Shown: positions 11,960 to 25,560 of the stretch, one piece after another
Layout: each line of letters begins with the position of its first letter
Position numbering within the stretch: position 1 is the first letter of the stretch
Assembly: GCF_030028105.1 (NCBI RefSeq)
Contig: NC_092379.1
Span: 26,653,821 to 26,717,820, forward strand
DNA length: 64,000 nucleotides
Direction of reading: 5' to 3'
From: Mobula birostris
Taxonomy: Eukaryota
Position numbers and translations under genes: made by a program
Notes under the pieces: generated by a model
Database searches by the model: none
The model's input: only the letters and a program-made list of their open reading frames with translations
Told to the model about the DNA's origin: nothing

Positions 11960-13465
11960 TTGTGAAATATCTTTATTGTCATACACCAATACAGAAAAAA
12001 AAATGATCTTACAACACTCATCCTAAATGCTAAAAAAAATCAATAAGCAATAGATAACATCAAATAAACAGTCAGTACAAGCAACATCGCAACTCAGATT
12101 CATGACAGTCATAAAACAGTATTAAAGTAGCAATATAACAAATTTATGGATGATGCTTGATCGATTGGGTCAGAGCAATTATAGCTCTGGGGGAAACATA
12201 GTTTTTTAGTTTTGAAGTGTGGGCATAGAAAATCTTATAACGTCTGCCATATGAAAGAAGTTCAAACGGATGATTGCATGGGGGTGTGTTGCCCTTAAAG
12301 ATGCTTGTAGTTTCCGTTAGGCAGCGAGAGCTGTAGCTGTGCTCAAGGGCTAGGAGCTGTGTCCCGACGATTTTCTGTGCGCTAGAAACAACCCGCTGAA
12401 TTGTTTTCCAAACAGCTGTTGTACAACTGAGATTCCACAAAGAGATGTAGTATGTTAAAATGCCCTCTATGGGGTGCAGAGGTAAAAGGTCACAGCATCT
12501 GTTCAGTTAGACCAGATTTCTTCAGCGTCATGAGGAAAAAAAAAAAAAAAAACAAGAGTTGCTGTGCTTCCTTAACTATTGCAATGGTGTTAGTGGACCA
12601 CGTAAGGCCTCCTGAGATATGTATTCCCAGAAACCTGAAACTGGACATTCTCTCCACTATGTCTCCGCTAATGTAGACTGGAGCGAACTCGTCATCGGTG
12701 TCTTTCCAAAATTTATAATTATCTCCTTAGTCGTTGCTGTATTAAGCGACAGGTTATTCTCTGAGCACCAGCTGACTAAGTTCTGAACACCCGCTCTGTA
12801 CACTGATTCGTCTGTGTTGGAGATCAACCTGATAACGATTGTGTCGTCTGCGAATTTGACGATGGTGTTGGTGTTAAATGCAGGTACACAGTCGTAAGTG
12901 AAGAGGGAGTAGTGTATGGGACTCAATACACAAACTTCTGGTGTACTAGTGTTCAGGAGAGTAGTGGAGGACAGCTGAGGGCCCAGTCTTACTGCTTGTG
13001 ATTGCTCTGACAAAAATTCAGGACCCAGTTGCAAAGTGACGAGCTGAGGCATAGCTGGTGGAGTTTGCAAATGAGCTTGTCGGTGATGACAGTATCAAAA
13101 GCAGAGCTATAATCAACAAAGAATATCCTCACGTATGTGTCCTTTCCCTCCAGGTGTGTCATGACAGTGTGAAGAGCTAACGAGACGGCATCCTCTCCTG
13201 GACCTGTTTCCTTTATAGGCAAACTGGTGTGAGTCCAGTGTAGCAAGAATAGTGACTTTAATGTGGGATAGGAGCAATCTCTTAAAACACTTCATTCTTA
13301 TTGGTGTGAGGGCAACCGGACGATAGTCATTCAAATTGTTGATGTTTGTTTTCTTCGGGACAAGCACTATGATGGCTGACTTCTGGAACTTGGGGACCGT
13401 TGCCTGACATAGAGACAGAATGACAATTCTCGTAAATACATCAGCCAGTTTTTCATATGACATGG
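11960..13465 (-). mobile_element. Rex1/Babar-type LINE, 5'-truncated
   Basis: LNDYRPVALTP, FVDYSSAFDTV, CVLSPIHYSLFTYDC and IVKFADDTIV motifs in ORFs 13113-13463, 12989-13246 and 12657-13070. Confidence 0.88.
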
Positions 13466-15669
13466 AAGTAGTTGCAGTTGTTGCTGAGTCTGATGAATTG
13501 AAGCATATTTCGGTGCAAATAATCGCCGGAAAAGCGTAATAGGAAAATATAAAGAAAAGACCATATCACCAGTAAAGTTCGCTACATTCTGCAAAACACC
13601 TAGAAGTATCATATTTATCATCGTATGTAGCGATCCACTGCGACGGAGAAAGGTAATGATACAGCGCATCGCGAAGTGATTAGAAAAAAAAATCCTCGTG
13701 ATATAAAACCAGCTTCTCATTACTTTTCACATCGCCATGAAACATTAAATGCAAACAATATGAAATAACACAATATACAATGAAATTAAAATACATATAT
13801 CAACATAGGGACTTCGATAATTGTCAATTAGCACGATGAAATTTCAAATACAGGCTACAGTAAATGTAAAAGAACATGTGCCAATTCAAGATCATGAAAA
13901 CTTCCGATAGAAGGTGTATTGAGTCCAATCAGGCAGCATAAATCTGTATATTTTAACTGCCTCAATTAAACTGGTATAGAAGATGTTGAAATGAGCGTTC
14001 AAGGAACAGAAAGGACGAATTCATCAAAGATTCACAATTGGGAGAAGAGACAGGAAGTCCAGTAAGGAAATTCTTCGTATCGTATTGTCCTTGCACCTTG
14101 GCCAATGGATAGCACTGCTTTCTGGCAGAAAAGATGCTTCATAAATCTGTACCGACTGTTTTGCTTTGAATTCATTTGTTAGCATTGAGAATCTTGTTAT
14201 GAACTATGCTTCTGGCAAGCTAAGCTCAACTTTTCATCTACCACTTTGACTTATGTCTCCAGTATGACTAGTCCGAGATTGTTCCCTGCAGTCTTATTGT
14301 GATGCATGGAGAGTTTGCTGAAAGCGATCGGTGAAGGACAGCAGTTGCATTCCCGGCGCAGTGAGCGCAGTGTGTGTTTTCTGTCCAGATAATAGCGCCA
14401 TTACAAAAAAATAATTCGTGTAACTTCAATTAACATCGATAACACTGCATAATTTCACATTCAATGAATAATTCTTTCTAGAGTAAATCCATTAACCACC
14501 TTCCAGCACCTGTCACTTATGAACCCGAAATAACCCCAGGTGCAGTAAAGAACGATTACAGTGCGGTTGTTTATCTGCCAGCACAGAAAAAAATAAATAA
14601 ATAAAATAAATCAAATAACATCTCATAACGCAGCAACATATGCTCAACTCTAAAGATATCTAATATATTCGAGGGTGCGGTAAGTCAAGACCACTGCCAT
14701 AACAAATGGCCATATTGGGGAAACGGGATGAATATATGTTTCTATCAAATGTGTACCGTGCAGCTTCCCTTCAGGGGCCTGCAGATCACTATTGGACTGG
14801 CTGCAGCACCCATTTAGCGCCTATCAGGGTCCGTGAGGCCATACAAGTTGCCAGAGCTTATCTCATTTCTTGATTGTGCGAATACTGATGCCATACCGAC
14901 AATCTCGGAAGACTATTGATAATGATTAGGGGCACCAGTTCTGAAAATACACAGCCCGGAAGCTAAGAATGGTATGTTACTTCTCTAGAAATAGTTGCCA
15001 ATAACAATTATGATCAAAGACAATGATCACGCACGTCTCATACACATGATGATGATAAAGATGACCAGATTCATTAATCAGCAAGTTGATCTTAACAGCA
15101 ACAATCTATGCGGAAAATACACATGGAAAAATTATAAATAATTTCACAATACTAAACCGTTTGTGTTTGTCTTCGAAGATACTGCGTACTTTTGAATTAT
15201 AGGTGGAAAGGTTTGCTAGCATTGGGTGGATCTGCCTGATGTTAACTGTATTTTTTGTATGTTTTCATTAGATCTGGCAAAATCAGTGTAAAGGAAAACA
15301 AGGATAACCAAAAACGAAAATCAGTGTTATTTTCAACAGATGCCACCAAGCCAAAAAATATTGTTCGTGAGATTGATTTTCTTACTACAGAAGGAAATAA
15401 CTTGGAATAAACTTATAGAGAGAAAGAATGTCAAAACAAAGCTAATCTTGATTGACCCATCACCTTTCATAGTTCAAATAAAACATCAAATCGTGTCGTT
15501 GCTTACTTTTCTTTTTTTTTTTTTGCTATCTTTCTATCAACCACTCCTGACTCTTGGGAGCAAAGGTATTTTTCGAGCGGGTTTGCAATAAGAGGTCAGA
15601 ATTGCAATATCAAAAACGGTACCGTTGCCTTCTATACTCCACAATAGACGTCACGTGGCCTATCTGATT

Positions 15670-16111
15670 ATGTTGTTGTTGTTGTTGTTGTTTATAAGTA
15701 TGCTAGCTCTCTTCTGTGTTTTCGGTTTATAACGAATGTATACCCATTCGAGAAAATATCTTTCCCTTGGAAAATGTTCAGGCGTTCCGTGTTTCCTTCC
15801 ATGCACGTGTGTCAAATATTAAGGATCTCAGAATCCCGCTAAATTCACTGTTCAGGAAACCCAGACTTTGCAACAGAACTGCAGCTATCCTCCAACGGTT
15901 GCCAACACAGTGTTTTTATATACTGAATATCCTGGAAAACCTCTGAAATACTTATCGAAGTCATGTAGCACGGGGAAAGGTAAAGAGCAAACCAACAAAT
16001 GCCGAGTCCGTTTCTCGTCCGCAATAGATAAATACAGAACGACGCTTCCTTCACCAATATCTGATGTCCTTGGTACAGATTTCGTTTTTTTTTTCTCTAT
16101 GCCATGAAACC
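15670..16111 (+). pseudogene. TRAV: TCR alpha/delta V pseudogene V2 (paralog of V1)
   Basis: Leader 15670-15724 (MLLLLLLFISMLALFCVF-G). V remnant NCSYPPTVANTVFLYTEYPGKPLKY...RFSS aligns to V1. Acceptor AG apparently lost, in-frame TAA at 15820, Trp replaced by Leu, second Cys TGT>TAT, frameshifts. Confidence 0.85.
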
Positions 16112-16150
16112 CACTTTACTGCCAGTTAAAAAAACGTCTCTATAAATACT
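16112..16150 (+). promoter_or_regulatory. Degenerate 23-RSS of V2
   Basis: CACTTTA + 23 nt + ATAAATACT. Confidence 0.7.
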
Positions 16151-18108
16151 TACCCTTAAAGCTACAAGTAATAATATGCCAGAGATTAGCATACAGGTAA
16201 AGCAGATGCAGTGGTACGTGTCTCAGGAAGATAGCGAAAATTTCACGACAGAAGACATATGTTTCCTGAGTTTAAACTGCGACGTTGGCCAGGCTAAAGG
16301 TCAAAACTATGTACAAATTGTCGCCGTTAGATTTGTTGAAGGCCATTTTCCGCTCATTACTATCTCTCATATGAACCAGAGCGTAAAAATTGCGCAGATC
16401 AGTTTAGGAAAATATGGTAGCTCCCGGGGAATATTCGAAAGATGAACCCAGCAGGGGAAACGGGTAATGGTTCTTCACGGTAATATTGTTCAGGGGGCGA
16501 TAAATGATGCCCGGATGGAGTTCTTAAAAAAAAGAAAACATGCCTGCTGCTGCTAGTAATTGACGGACAGAGAATCCCCATGGCAAAAAATGTTCTTGAT
16601 GTATTCCTCCTTAGTCACAATTTCAAGATGAAGAGGGAAAGTAGCGATTAAGAGGACGACCTGTGCAAAGTTTTTGGTCGGAAGGGACACATGTAATGCT
16701 TGAAATAAATAACCCTGAAGTCATTGTAGTCCTTCACCAATAAGTAAAGCATTGGTCGATGCAACATTGCTGTGCACACAGAGGAGACAGCACATGGAAA
16801 ATTATACCAATTGTGCGGTCTGGAGAAGTACTGCCACGATATTCTCCAGGTCGTACGTTAAAATGTGGCAAACTAATTTCCCAGTCCGTGATGTCGTGTC
16901 ATTTAGACGAATAAACGAGGTCAGATTATTGTCAGAGTGTTTTCCTGTTATGGCTTCAATGAGGAATTAAGTCGTTTTGAACCAGTATTGTACAGAGCTG
17001 GTTCAAGAAATTAACTATACAGTTTTGACAGTGCTCAATGTTGAGTTGCACTAACTGTGCGAAACGATATCGAGGAGACATGATCTTCAGATTAAGAATG
17101 TATTCGAATACGCTGGAAAAGAGGGATTTCATTTTCTCAAGTCAGCAACAGGATACATTCTCAACCACAAGTACGTGTAATCAGAAATTACAAACCATTT
17201 TATTCCATCGTTTAAACTTGTTTTTCGGACTAATTACACCACACTGACACGTGCAGTTAGTGACTATTTAAACGATCACACAACACATAGTGTATGTCCT
17301 TCTGACTCTAGCATTTTTTTTCTTCAATTATACACTTTGTAAATGCTATCAACAAGCCACTTGCAATTTACCTCATAGCCAATTCAGTTCTAATATATCC
17401 CAATCATCCTGGATCCCCCTTATCTTCCATCGGAATTCGTTCAGTTATCCTGAACCAAATGAATCTCGGTTTGTCGACTTCCGTCATTGTCTGTAATTCA
17501 GCGGCGTCCCTTCTTACTCACCTCAGCTCATTGGAGAACAAACCTGGAGGGTACAGGCTCTGCTAATACCGCTTCATTTGATGCAGCCTCTGGTGAATCT
17601 CCACTGCCCCTCTCCAGCGACATTTCCCTGTACCTAAGTTAGCAGAACTACACACAAACCTCCGACAGAGGTCTGACCAATACCTGTACTTCATAAATTA
17701 CGATTATAATCTCGCATTTATCTACTCACTACATAGATACTTGAAGGCCACTATCTCACCTCCATCCTGCGCTGTCACTTTTACGAAACTACGTCAGTAC
17801 TTTTGAAACCCACTGATATCCTTGGTTGCGCAAGTCGAAGGGAGACGTAGACCCGCCTCGCCAAGCACATGAAATTGTGACGGCTCTCCTACCGTCACCC
17901 AGGATTGTGTAGATGCAGTGAAATTTCAAACCCTGTTACAAATCACTGCCAAGAAACAACAGACAGAGCACTTCATGCAATTAAAGGGATTGCATTTATA
18001 AATCGTACCTAAAGATTTAGTGAATAAAAGGGGAAAAAGATATCTGACCAAAAAAAAAGCCCATTACTATCAAACAATAAAACAGATCCTCAAATGATCT
18101 CAGCGCCT

Positions 18109-19345
18109 TGTTGCACGGAATGAGGCGAACCCAAATGCAGGACACTGACTCGGAGGTAGCGTAATCAAAAGAGTGTTTATTAATGTTTGTGAAGAAGGCC
18201 GAGGAGCAGGAACCAGGCAGAGGGAATCCAAGCAGTGAGCTAGGCTGGACCGGAGGTCGAAATGTGTCGCTTCGGAGAGAACACAGCGTTTAAACACGGT
18301 GCAGCGGTAAATGTAGGCGGACGGCGGGATGAGGCAGTGCAGGGATGCGGACAAGGATATGATCGTGTCTGAGAGAGAACGGCAGACGGCATGCTATGCT
18401 CCTGTAAACACGGAGAGAGAAAATTAACACAGTGTAACGGAGCGGAAACAGAACTTAGAATACACAAGTCTAAGCGCTCGAAGGACAGAGATAACACAAG
18501 CCAATGGCGCGGGAACGCATCTTAGATTACACAATTTTAAGCAGTCGAGAGTCAGGGTTAACACGGACAAACAGCGCGGAAACAGAACATAGAATACACA
18601 ATCCTAAGCAGCTGAGAGAATGGTTAACACAGGAAAACAGCGCGGGAACAGTGCTTAGAATACACAGCTCTAAGCAACTGAAAGTTAGGTTTAACACAGA
18701 CAAACAGCGCAGAAAGAGAACTTAGAATACATAATCCTAAGCAGCTGAGAGGCATGTTTAACACAGACAAACAGCGCGGGAACAGAACTTGGAGTACACA
18801 AATCTGAGCCATCGAGAGACGGAGTTAACATAGGCGAACAACTCGGAAACAGAACTTAACATGCACAATTCTAAGCGGTCGAGAGACAGAGATACCAGAG
18901 GCCAACAGAGCAGATGAACGGAAGAGCAGGAGGGAGTCATAAAATTTTCTTCACACAGGGCGTAGCTGGACCTGAATGGCAAACCGGAGACAGGCGGCAG
19001 GCAACACTTATCTTGACACGGATGGTTAAATGGAAGGGCAATCGGCAGACTATTCCATCTTGACACGGAGAGACGGAGTTCCACAGGTAAACTTCAGTAC
19101 TGAAAAACAACTTAGATTATTTATCCTGACACGGGGAGACGGAGTTACACAGGTAAACCTCGGTACTGAAGTAAAACTTAGAATACTTACCTTGACACGG
19201 ACAGACAGAGATCCACATTGGCTGGATCAACGGTCTGGCAATTAGTGGACGCAAGGCCGGAGTTGTTATGTTGCAGGTCTTGATAAGAAGCAGGTGTGTA
19301 ACAATCAAAGAAGAAACTGGGGAATTAACGGTCGGGAGCATGACA
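18109..19345 (-). mobile_element. Solo LTR (1237 bp) with 5-bp target-site duplication
   Basis: TGT...ACA termini; CGCCT on both sides (18104-18108 and 19346-19350); AATAAA on the - strand at 18176-18181. Confidence 0.88.
18426..18893. repeat. Seven diverged ~67-bp tandem repeats inside the solo LTR
   Basis: Units start with AACA(C) at 18426, 18493, 18560, 18626, 18693, 18760 and 18827, sharing a CAGAACTTAGAATACACA..CTAAGC core. A related ~66-bp pair lies at 19058-19200. Confidence 0.9.
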
Positions 19346-19544
19346 CGCCTGGATCCTTCAAATCACTAATTGTCACACGACCAGTTCTCTCCAGCCTCTT
19401 CTCTCTTCAGCTCTCTCTCACATTCGAAAACACTCGTTATCTCTAACAATAACCCATATACTGCTTCTACAAACACAACATAACGTTAGAACTGAAACGA
19501 TTCCCAAGGTATTATGCACTTCGCCACCAAAATTAATCATGTCC

Positions 19545-20790
19545 TCATGAATATGAGTCAGAATCAGATTCAGAAACAGGTCTATTATTACTGGAATCTG
19601 TCGTGAAATTTGTTAACTTAGCAGCAGCAGTTCAGGACAATGCATAATATAAAAATAGGAACACATATTACAATAAGAAGTAAATCAATCACATTATATC
19701 GATATTAAGTGGATTAAAATCGTGCAAACACAAATAATATATATTTAAAAAGTGAGGTACTGTTAAGGGTTCAATATCCATTTCAGAATATAATGACAAA
19801 GTCGAATAAATTGTTCCTGTATCGGAGCATGAGCCTTCAGGCTGCTGTACCTCCTACCTGATAGCAACAGTAAGAACGGAGTGATCCTGGGTGATGGAGG
19901 CCTTAATAGCGGACGCTGCATTTCTAAGACGCCGCTCCTCGAAAGTGTCCTGGATACTTTGCAGGCTAGTACCTATGATGGTCCCGACTATATTCACAAC
20001 ACTCTCCAGTTTCTTTCGGTTCTGCGGAGCAGCTCCCCACCTCCTCGCCCCCATACCAGACAGTGGTGTATCCGATCACAAGGCTGTCCTCCGTACATCT
20101 ATGGAAGTTATTGAGTGTATTTTTGACTTTCCAAATTCCTTCAAGCACCTAATTAAGTAATCGCTGTTTTTCCTTCCTTATAATTGCATCGATGAGTTGG
20201 GTCCAGGTTAGATCCTTCGAGATCTTGACGCACAGGAACTGGAAGCTGCTCACTCTCTCCACTTCTGATCCATCTATGAGGATTGGTATGTGTTCCTTCA
20301 TCTTACCCTTCCTGAAGTCAACCATCAGCTCTTTCGTCATACTGACGTTGAATGTCAGGTTATTGCTACGACCCTACTTCACTAGTTTTGCGTATCTCGC
20401 TCCTGTATGCCCTCTCGACACCATCTAACATTCTACCAACATTGGTTATATTATCAGCAAATTTCTGGATGATATTTCGCCTACGCGTAGCCAGACAGTC
20501 ATTAGTATGCATAGAGTAGAGCAGTGGGCTGAGCAAACACCCTTGAACTGCACCAGTGTTGAGCATCAGCGAGGAGCAGATGTTATCACCAATCCGTACG
20601 TATTGCGGTCTTCCAGTTAGGAAATCGAGGATCCAATTTCAGAGAGAGGTACAGAGGCTCAGGTTCCGTAATTTGTCAATTAGGATTGTGGGAATAATGG
20701 TCTTAAATGCTGAGCTATAGCTACAACATCCTGACAAATGTATTTGTTTTGTACAGGTGTTCTAAATCAGTGTGAAGATCCATTGAGATT
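19545..20790 (-). mobile_element. Rex1/Babar-type LINE, 5'-truncated
   Basis: [28 protein letters not shown] and TKELMVDFRKG motifs. Confidence 0.85.
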
Positions 20791-21039
20791 GCGTCCTCAA
20801 CAAATGAGTCTTAGCTCACCAAGGGACTAGGCGACACACACTGTTACCCAGGTACAACAAGGTTAATCTGTCTGGAGATCTCCTGACTTCTTGTGCTCCT
20901 CTTAACCCACCGTCTTCAGGCACTCACAGTAATCTGGGGACTCCCTCCCTGTTCATTTCCAGTGCCTGCTAGCAACTCAGATCACCTCGTCACTTGTCTG
21001 AGCTCACCCTGATACACCGTTATTTTTAGTTCAGTCTCC

Positions 21040-21460
21040 CGTTATTTCCCAACTGCAAACATATCGAGCACCACCCCCCGCCGCAACCCCCACTCCCCCA
21101 CCATTTCACCCGTTTCAGTGAGAGTAGGGTTGTTAATTTCTCCGTCAATTATTAGGTAGTTTACGAGGGGCTTTTTATACCACAAACACTTTCTCTCATT
21201 CCCCGAGCCCCTACTATATTCAGTGGTGCGTCGGTATCCCCACTTCGTCACGTCAATTCCTTCTGGGTGTGGGTCCAAAGCAGGCTCTGGGTCAACGCGT
21301 ACTGCTTGTCCGAGATGTAGAAGTTGATTCCGATGGGGAATCACGACAGGTCCATTCCTAACCTTTGTTTTCACCGAGAAAACCCGTAAGTTTGGCCTCT
21401 GACTCTCCATGACCTCGTGCACAGCAGCCCAGCGAGAAGTCAACTTATGCATCCCAGGTA
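21040..21460 (-). mobile_element. Very old Rex1-like RT relic
   Basis: YLIIDGEINNPTLTETGEMV weakly resembles the ELIIDFRK..HTPIYING block. Confidence 0.35.
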
Positions 21461-21469
21461 GGGGCAAAT

Positions 21470-22315
21470 TGAATTGAACTTATTTATTAGTTACAGCCTT
21501 CATATACTTGAGGAGTAAAAATCTTTACTTTACGTGTCCGTCTAAATGTACACTGAGTAACTTATAGTAATATGAAATAAATAGTATACAATATAACACA
21601 GACATACAATTATATCAGCAGGAATTAATCAATCTGATAGCCAGGTGGAATAAGTTGTCCGCGGAGCCTATTGGTCCTGGAGTCCGTGCTGCGGTACGTT
21701 TTCCAGGAAGGTAGGAGCTGGAACAGTTTGCTATTGGGGTGATTCCTGTCTCCAATGGTTCTTCGGGAAATTTTTTCCACCTGCTGTTTGCAAAAGTCTT
21801 GAATAGTGGGAAGTTCACATCTGTTCTTCGGACACAGCCCTGAGGGGCACCTGCGTTGAGGTTCAGAAGAGGAGAGGTGAGGGAGGCCACACTTTCCACT
21901 TGCCAGGGAACTGACAGGAAGTCTACGATCCAGATAAACAAGGCAGGGTGATTGCCTAAGTCTCTGGGCTGCTTGTTGAGCCTGCAGGGCATTCTGGTGT
22001 GAATGATGAACAAAGTCCAAGAACGGCATTCTCACAAAAGTATACCTCTTTCCAAGTTGTGTGAGGGCGGTGTGTAGAGTAATGACTATTGTGTCGTCTG
22101 TTGCTCGGTAGTGTTGGTGGGCGAATTGTAGGCGTCCAGCATGGGTGGCAGCATCCTTGAGCAGCATCTCAAAGCAGTTGTTTACTATTGAGGTGAGTAC
22201 GCCAGGAAGCCAGTCGCTCAGACATGTTACGTTGGTCTGTTTAGGTGTAAGAGCAAGGGTGGCTGCTTTAAAGCTTGAGGACACATATAACTGGGTAACG
22301 AAGAGATTAAAATGT
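21470..22315 (-). mobile_element. Internally deleted Rex1/Babar LINE, copy 1 of a Rex1-Gypsy block
   Basis: ORFs 21625-22284 and 21615-22013 (LQFAH, TLHTALTQL, WIVDFL, LNAGAPQGCV, LFQLLPSG). Confidence 0.8.
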
Positions 22316-25300
22316 TTGTAAACACACTAGCCAGCTGTCATAAATTCTTTATAATTGCTAGGTCTCTGGCCCTTATTTGGGAGAACCTAACATTTTCATT
22401 ATGCATCCTCTAATTTTCTTGATGCTGCTTGGTAGCCGAGACCTTAAGCAGATCAATAGACAATAGACGATAGGTGCAGAAGTAGACCATTCGGCCCTCC
22501 GAGCCTGCACCGCCATTCTGAGATCATGTCTGGTCAGCTACTATCAATACCCGGTTCCTGCCTTGTCCCCATAACCTTTGATTCCCCTATCCATAAGATT
22601 CCTATCTGGCTCTTTCTTGAAAGCATCCAAGGAACTAGCCTCCACTGCCTTCTGAGGCAGCGCGTTCCACACCTCCACAACTCTTTGGGAGAAGAAGATC
22701 CTCCTCAGCTCTGTCCTAAATGACCTACCCCTTGATCTTAAACCATGCCCTCTGGTACTGGACTCTCCCAGCATCTGAAACATATTTCCTGCCTCTATCT
22801 TGTCCAATCCCTTACTAATCTTGCATGTCTCAATCAGATCCCCCCTCAATCTCCTTATTTCCAGCGTCTACAAGCCCAGTATCTCTAACCTCTCTGCGTA
22901 AGACAGTCCGGACATCCTAGGAATTAACCTAGTGAAACTACGCTGCACCTCTTCCACAGCTAGGATGTCCTTCCTTAACCCTGGAGACCAAAACTGCACA
23001 CAATACTCCAGCTGTGGTCTGAGCAGGGCCCTCCTTGTACAAATGCAAAAGGATTTATTTGCTTTGTACTCAATTTCCTTTGTAATAAAGACCAACATTC
23101 CATTGGCCTTCTTCACTGTCTGCTGCACTTGATCATTGAGCTCTAGAGACTGATGAACAAGTACTCCTAGATCTCTTTGTATTTCTCCCTTACCTAACTT
23201 CACACCGTCCACGTAATAATCTGCCTTCCTGTTCTTGCTCCCAAAGTGAATAACCTCACGCTTATTCACATTAAACGTCATCTGCCAAGCTTCTGCCCAC
23301 TTGCCTAGCCTATCCAAGTCACCTTGAATTCACCTAACATCCTCATCACATGTCACACTGCCACCCAGCTTAGTATCATCAGCAAACTTGCTGATGTCAT
23401 TTACAATGCCTTCCTCTAAATTATTAACGTAAATCGTAAACAGCTGTGGTCCCAATACCGAGTCCTGTGGCACACCACTGGTAACCACCTGCCATTCCGA
23501 GAAACACCCATTCACTGCTACCCTTTGCTTTCTACCTGCCAACCAGTTTTCTATCCATGTCAATATCCTCCCCCCAATCCCATGAGCTCTGATTTTACCC
23601 ACCAATCTCCTATGTGGTACCTTATCAACTGCCTTCTGAAAGTCAAAGTACACCACATTCACTGGATCTCCTGCGTCTATCTTCCTGGTTGCATTCTCGA
23701 AAAATTCCAATAGATTAGTCAAGCATGGATTGCCCTGGGTAAATCCGTGCTGGCTCGGCCCAATTCTATCACTGCTATCAAGATATGCCGCTATTTCATC
23801 TTTAATAATGGACTCTAGCATCTTCCCCACTACTGATGTTAGACTAACAGGGCGATAGGTCTCTGTTTTCTCCCTCCCTCCTTTCTTAAAAAGTGGGATA
23901 ACATTAGGCATTCGCCAATCCTCAGGAACTGATCCTGAATCTAAGGAACATTGGAAAATGATCACCAGTACATCCGCAATTTCCAGACCCACCTCCTTTG
24001 GTATCCTAAGATGCAGACCATCTGGACCTGGGGATTTGTTAGCCTTCAGTCTCATCAGTCTGCTCATCACCGTTTCCTTCCTAATGTCAACCTGTTTAAG
24101 TTCCTCTGTTACCCTATGTCCTTGACCCATCCATACATCTGGGAGATTGCTTGTGTCTTCCCTAGTGAAGACAGATCCAAAGTACTTCTTAAATTAGTCT
24201 GCCATTTCGCTGCATCCCATAACAATTCCTCCCAATTCATTCTTCAAGGGCCCAACATTGTTCTTAACTATCTTCCTTCTCTTCACATACCTAAAAAAAA
24301 AATTGCTATCCTCCTTTATATTCCTAGCTAGCTTGCGTTCATACCTCATTTCTTCTCCCCGTATAGCCTATTTAGTTAAGTTCTGTTGTTCCTTAAAAAA
24401 AAAATCCCAATCATCCGTCTTACCACTCACCTTAGCTCTATTATAGTTCTACTTTTATAATGCTATGCTATCTCTGACTTCCTTTGTCAACCGCTGTGGC
24501 CACTTTCCCCCGTTTGAATCTTTCCTTCTCCGGGGGATGAACTGATTTTGCACATTGTGCATTATTCCCCAGAATACCTGCCATTGCTGTTCCACTGTCT
24601 TTTCTACTAGGAGATCATAAGGCTTCTAAACCTCATGTCAGCCACATACTTCAGGTAAGAGATCTGTTGCCGATCTTCAACAACAGTCCTAAAGCAGAGG
24701 ACAACGGGCAAATTCCCTTCGCGCCCATACATCAGCTAACATGGCAAATAGTCGGTAGCTTCATTCAATGCACAGTTGTAGCAGTGGAAAACGTATACTA
24801 TATTTTAATTCGCTTGTTATTTTTACCGATCTCCATGATTCCAAGCATATCTGGAGAGGTCGGATTGAACCACTCTACACCAAGCATGCTCATTAACTCA
24901 TGCGTGATCCCACACCCGAAATCCCTCCCCTTATCGCTAGGTGTGCACCTAGGCAGTCCAATATAAACGAAATGCATCTCCCACAACACTGGTCACGGGT
25001 AGTCCTTCTGAGCCTTAATAGGAACGGCTTGTGCATATCCTGTGTAGTGATCCGTAATAACGAAAATATTCGTTATGTTGCTGGCATCAGGGTTCATTGA
25101 TAGGAAATCCAAACACAACAGATCAAATGGCCCGGTACGCTGAAAGTTCGATAGAAGAGTGGCTTCATAGTCAGCGCCTTCCTCTGTATACATGGATTGC
25201 ACGGCTTACAGACTTCCGGCTTCATTCCCGGTCAACAGAACCGATACCTGAGCAGACCACAGCTCTTGCAACCCCCAAATGATCGGATCATTCAGATGTG

Positions 25301-25560
25301 ACATTAACAAAATGACCCAATACTTGTCAGGTAGAACTAACTGGTAAATGCCAACGGCGATGTGTGAGCGACGTCTCCCCGTATAGAACCTGGTTCCTCA
25401 ACTGCAATATGGCCCATTTCCTCAGTGGTACGGATACCTCTGCCACCCGTTGAGCAGCCAATATATGCTTCCCAGGTAGCCCCAAACTGAATAGAAATGG
25501 CTTTATTACGTTCATTCTTATAAAAGCTCTTTACGTCTTCGTCTAAATAGAAAGATAGAA
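22316..25560 (-). mobile_element. Ty3/Gypsy integrase region, copy 1 (22316-22455 + 24612-25560), interrupted by CR1
   Basis: GPFDLLCLDFLSM...VITDHYTGYAQAVP and SDKGRDF rve motifs; homologous to 26345-27420. Confidence 0.8.
22456..24611 (-). mobile_element. CR1 LINE, 5'-truncated, flanked by AGATCA duplication
   Basis: RT ORF 23330-24130 (YFDFQKAVDKVPH, GVPQDSVLGP, SKFADDTK). AGATCA at 22450-22455 and 24612-24617; ATAGACA-type 3' tail. Confidence 0.93.

Noticed and set aside
18426-18893. CRISPR-like regular array
   Set aside because: Whole units are diverged tandem copies with no unique spacers, there are no cas genes, the array is inside a TSD-flanked LTR, and the context is vertebrate.
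20798-20811. 14-nt exact match (CAACAAATGAGTCT) to 31561-31574 as the Gypsy 3' LTR end
   Set aside because: No extended homology is visible, and a few 14-mer matches are expected by chance in 64 kb.
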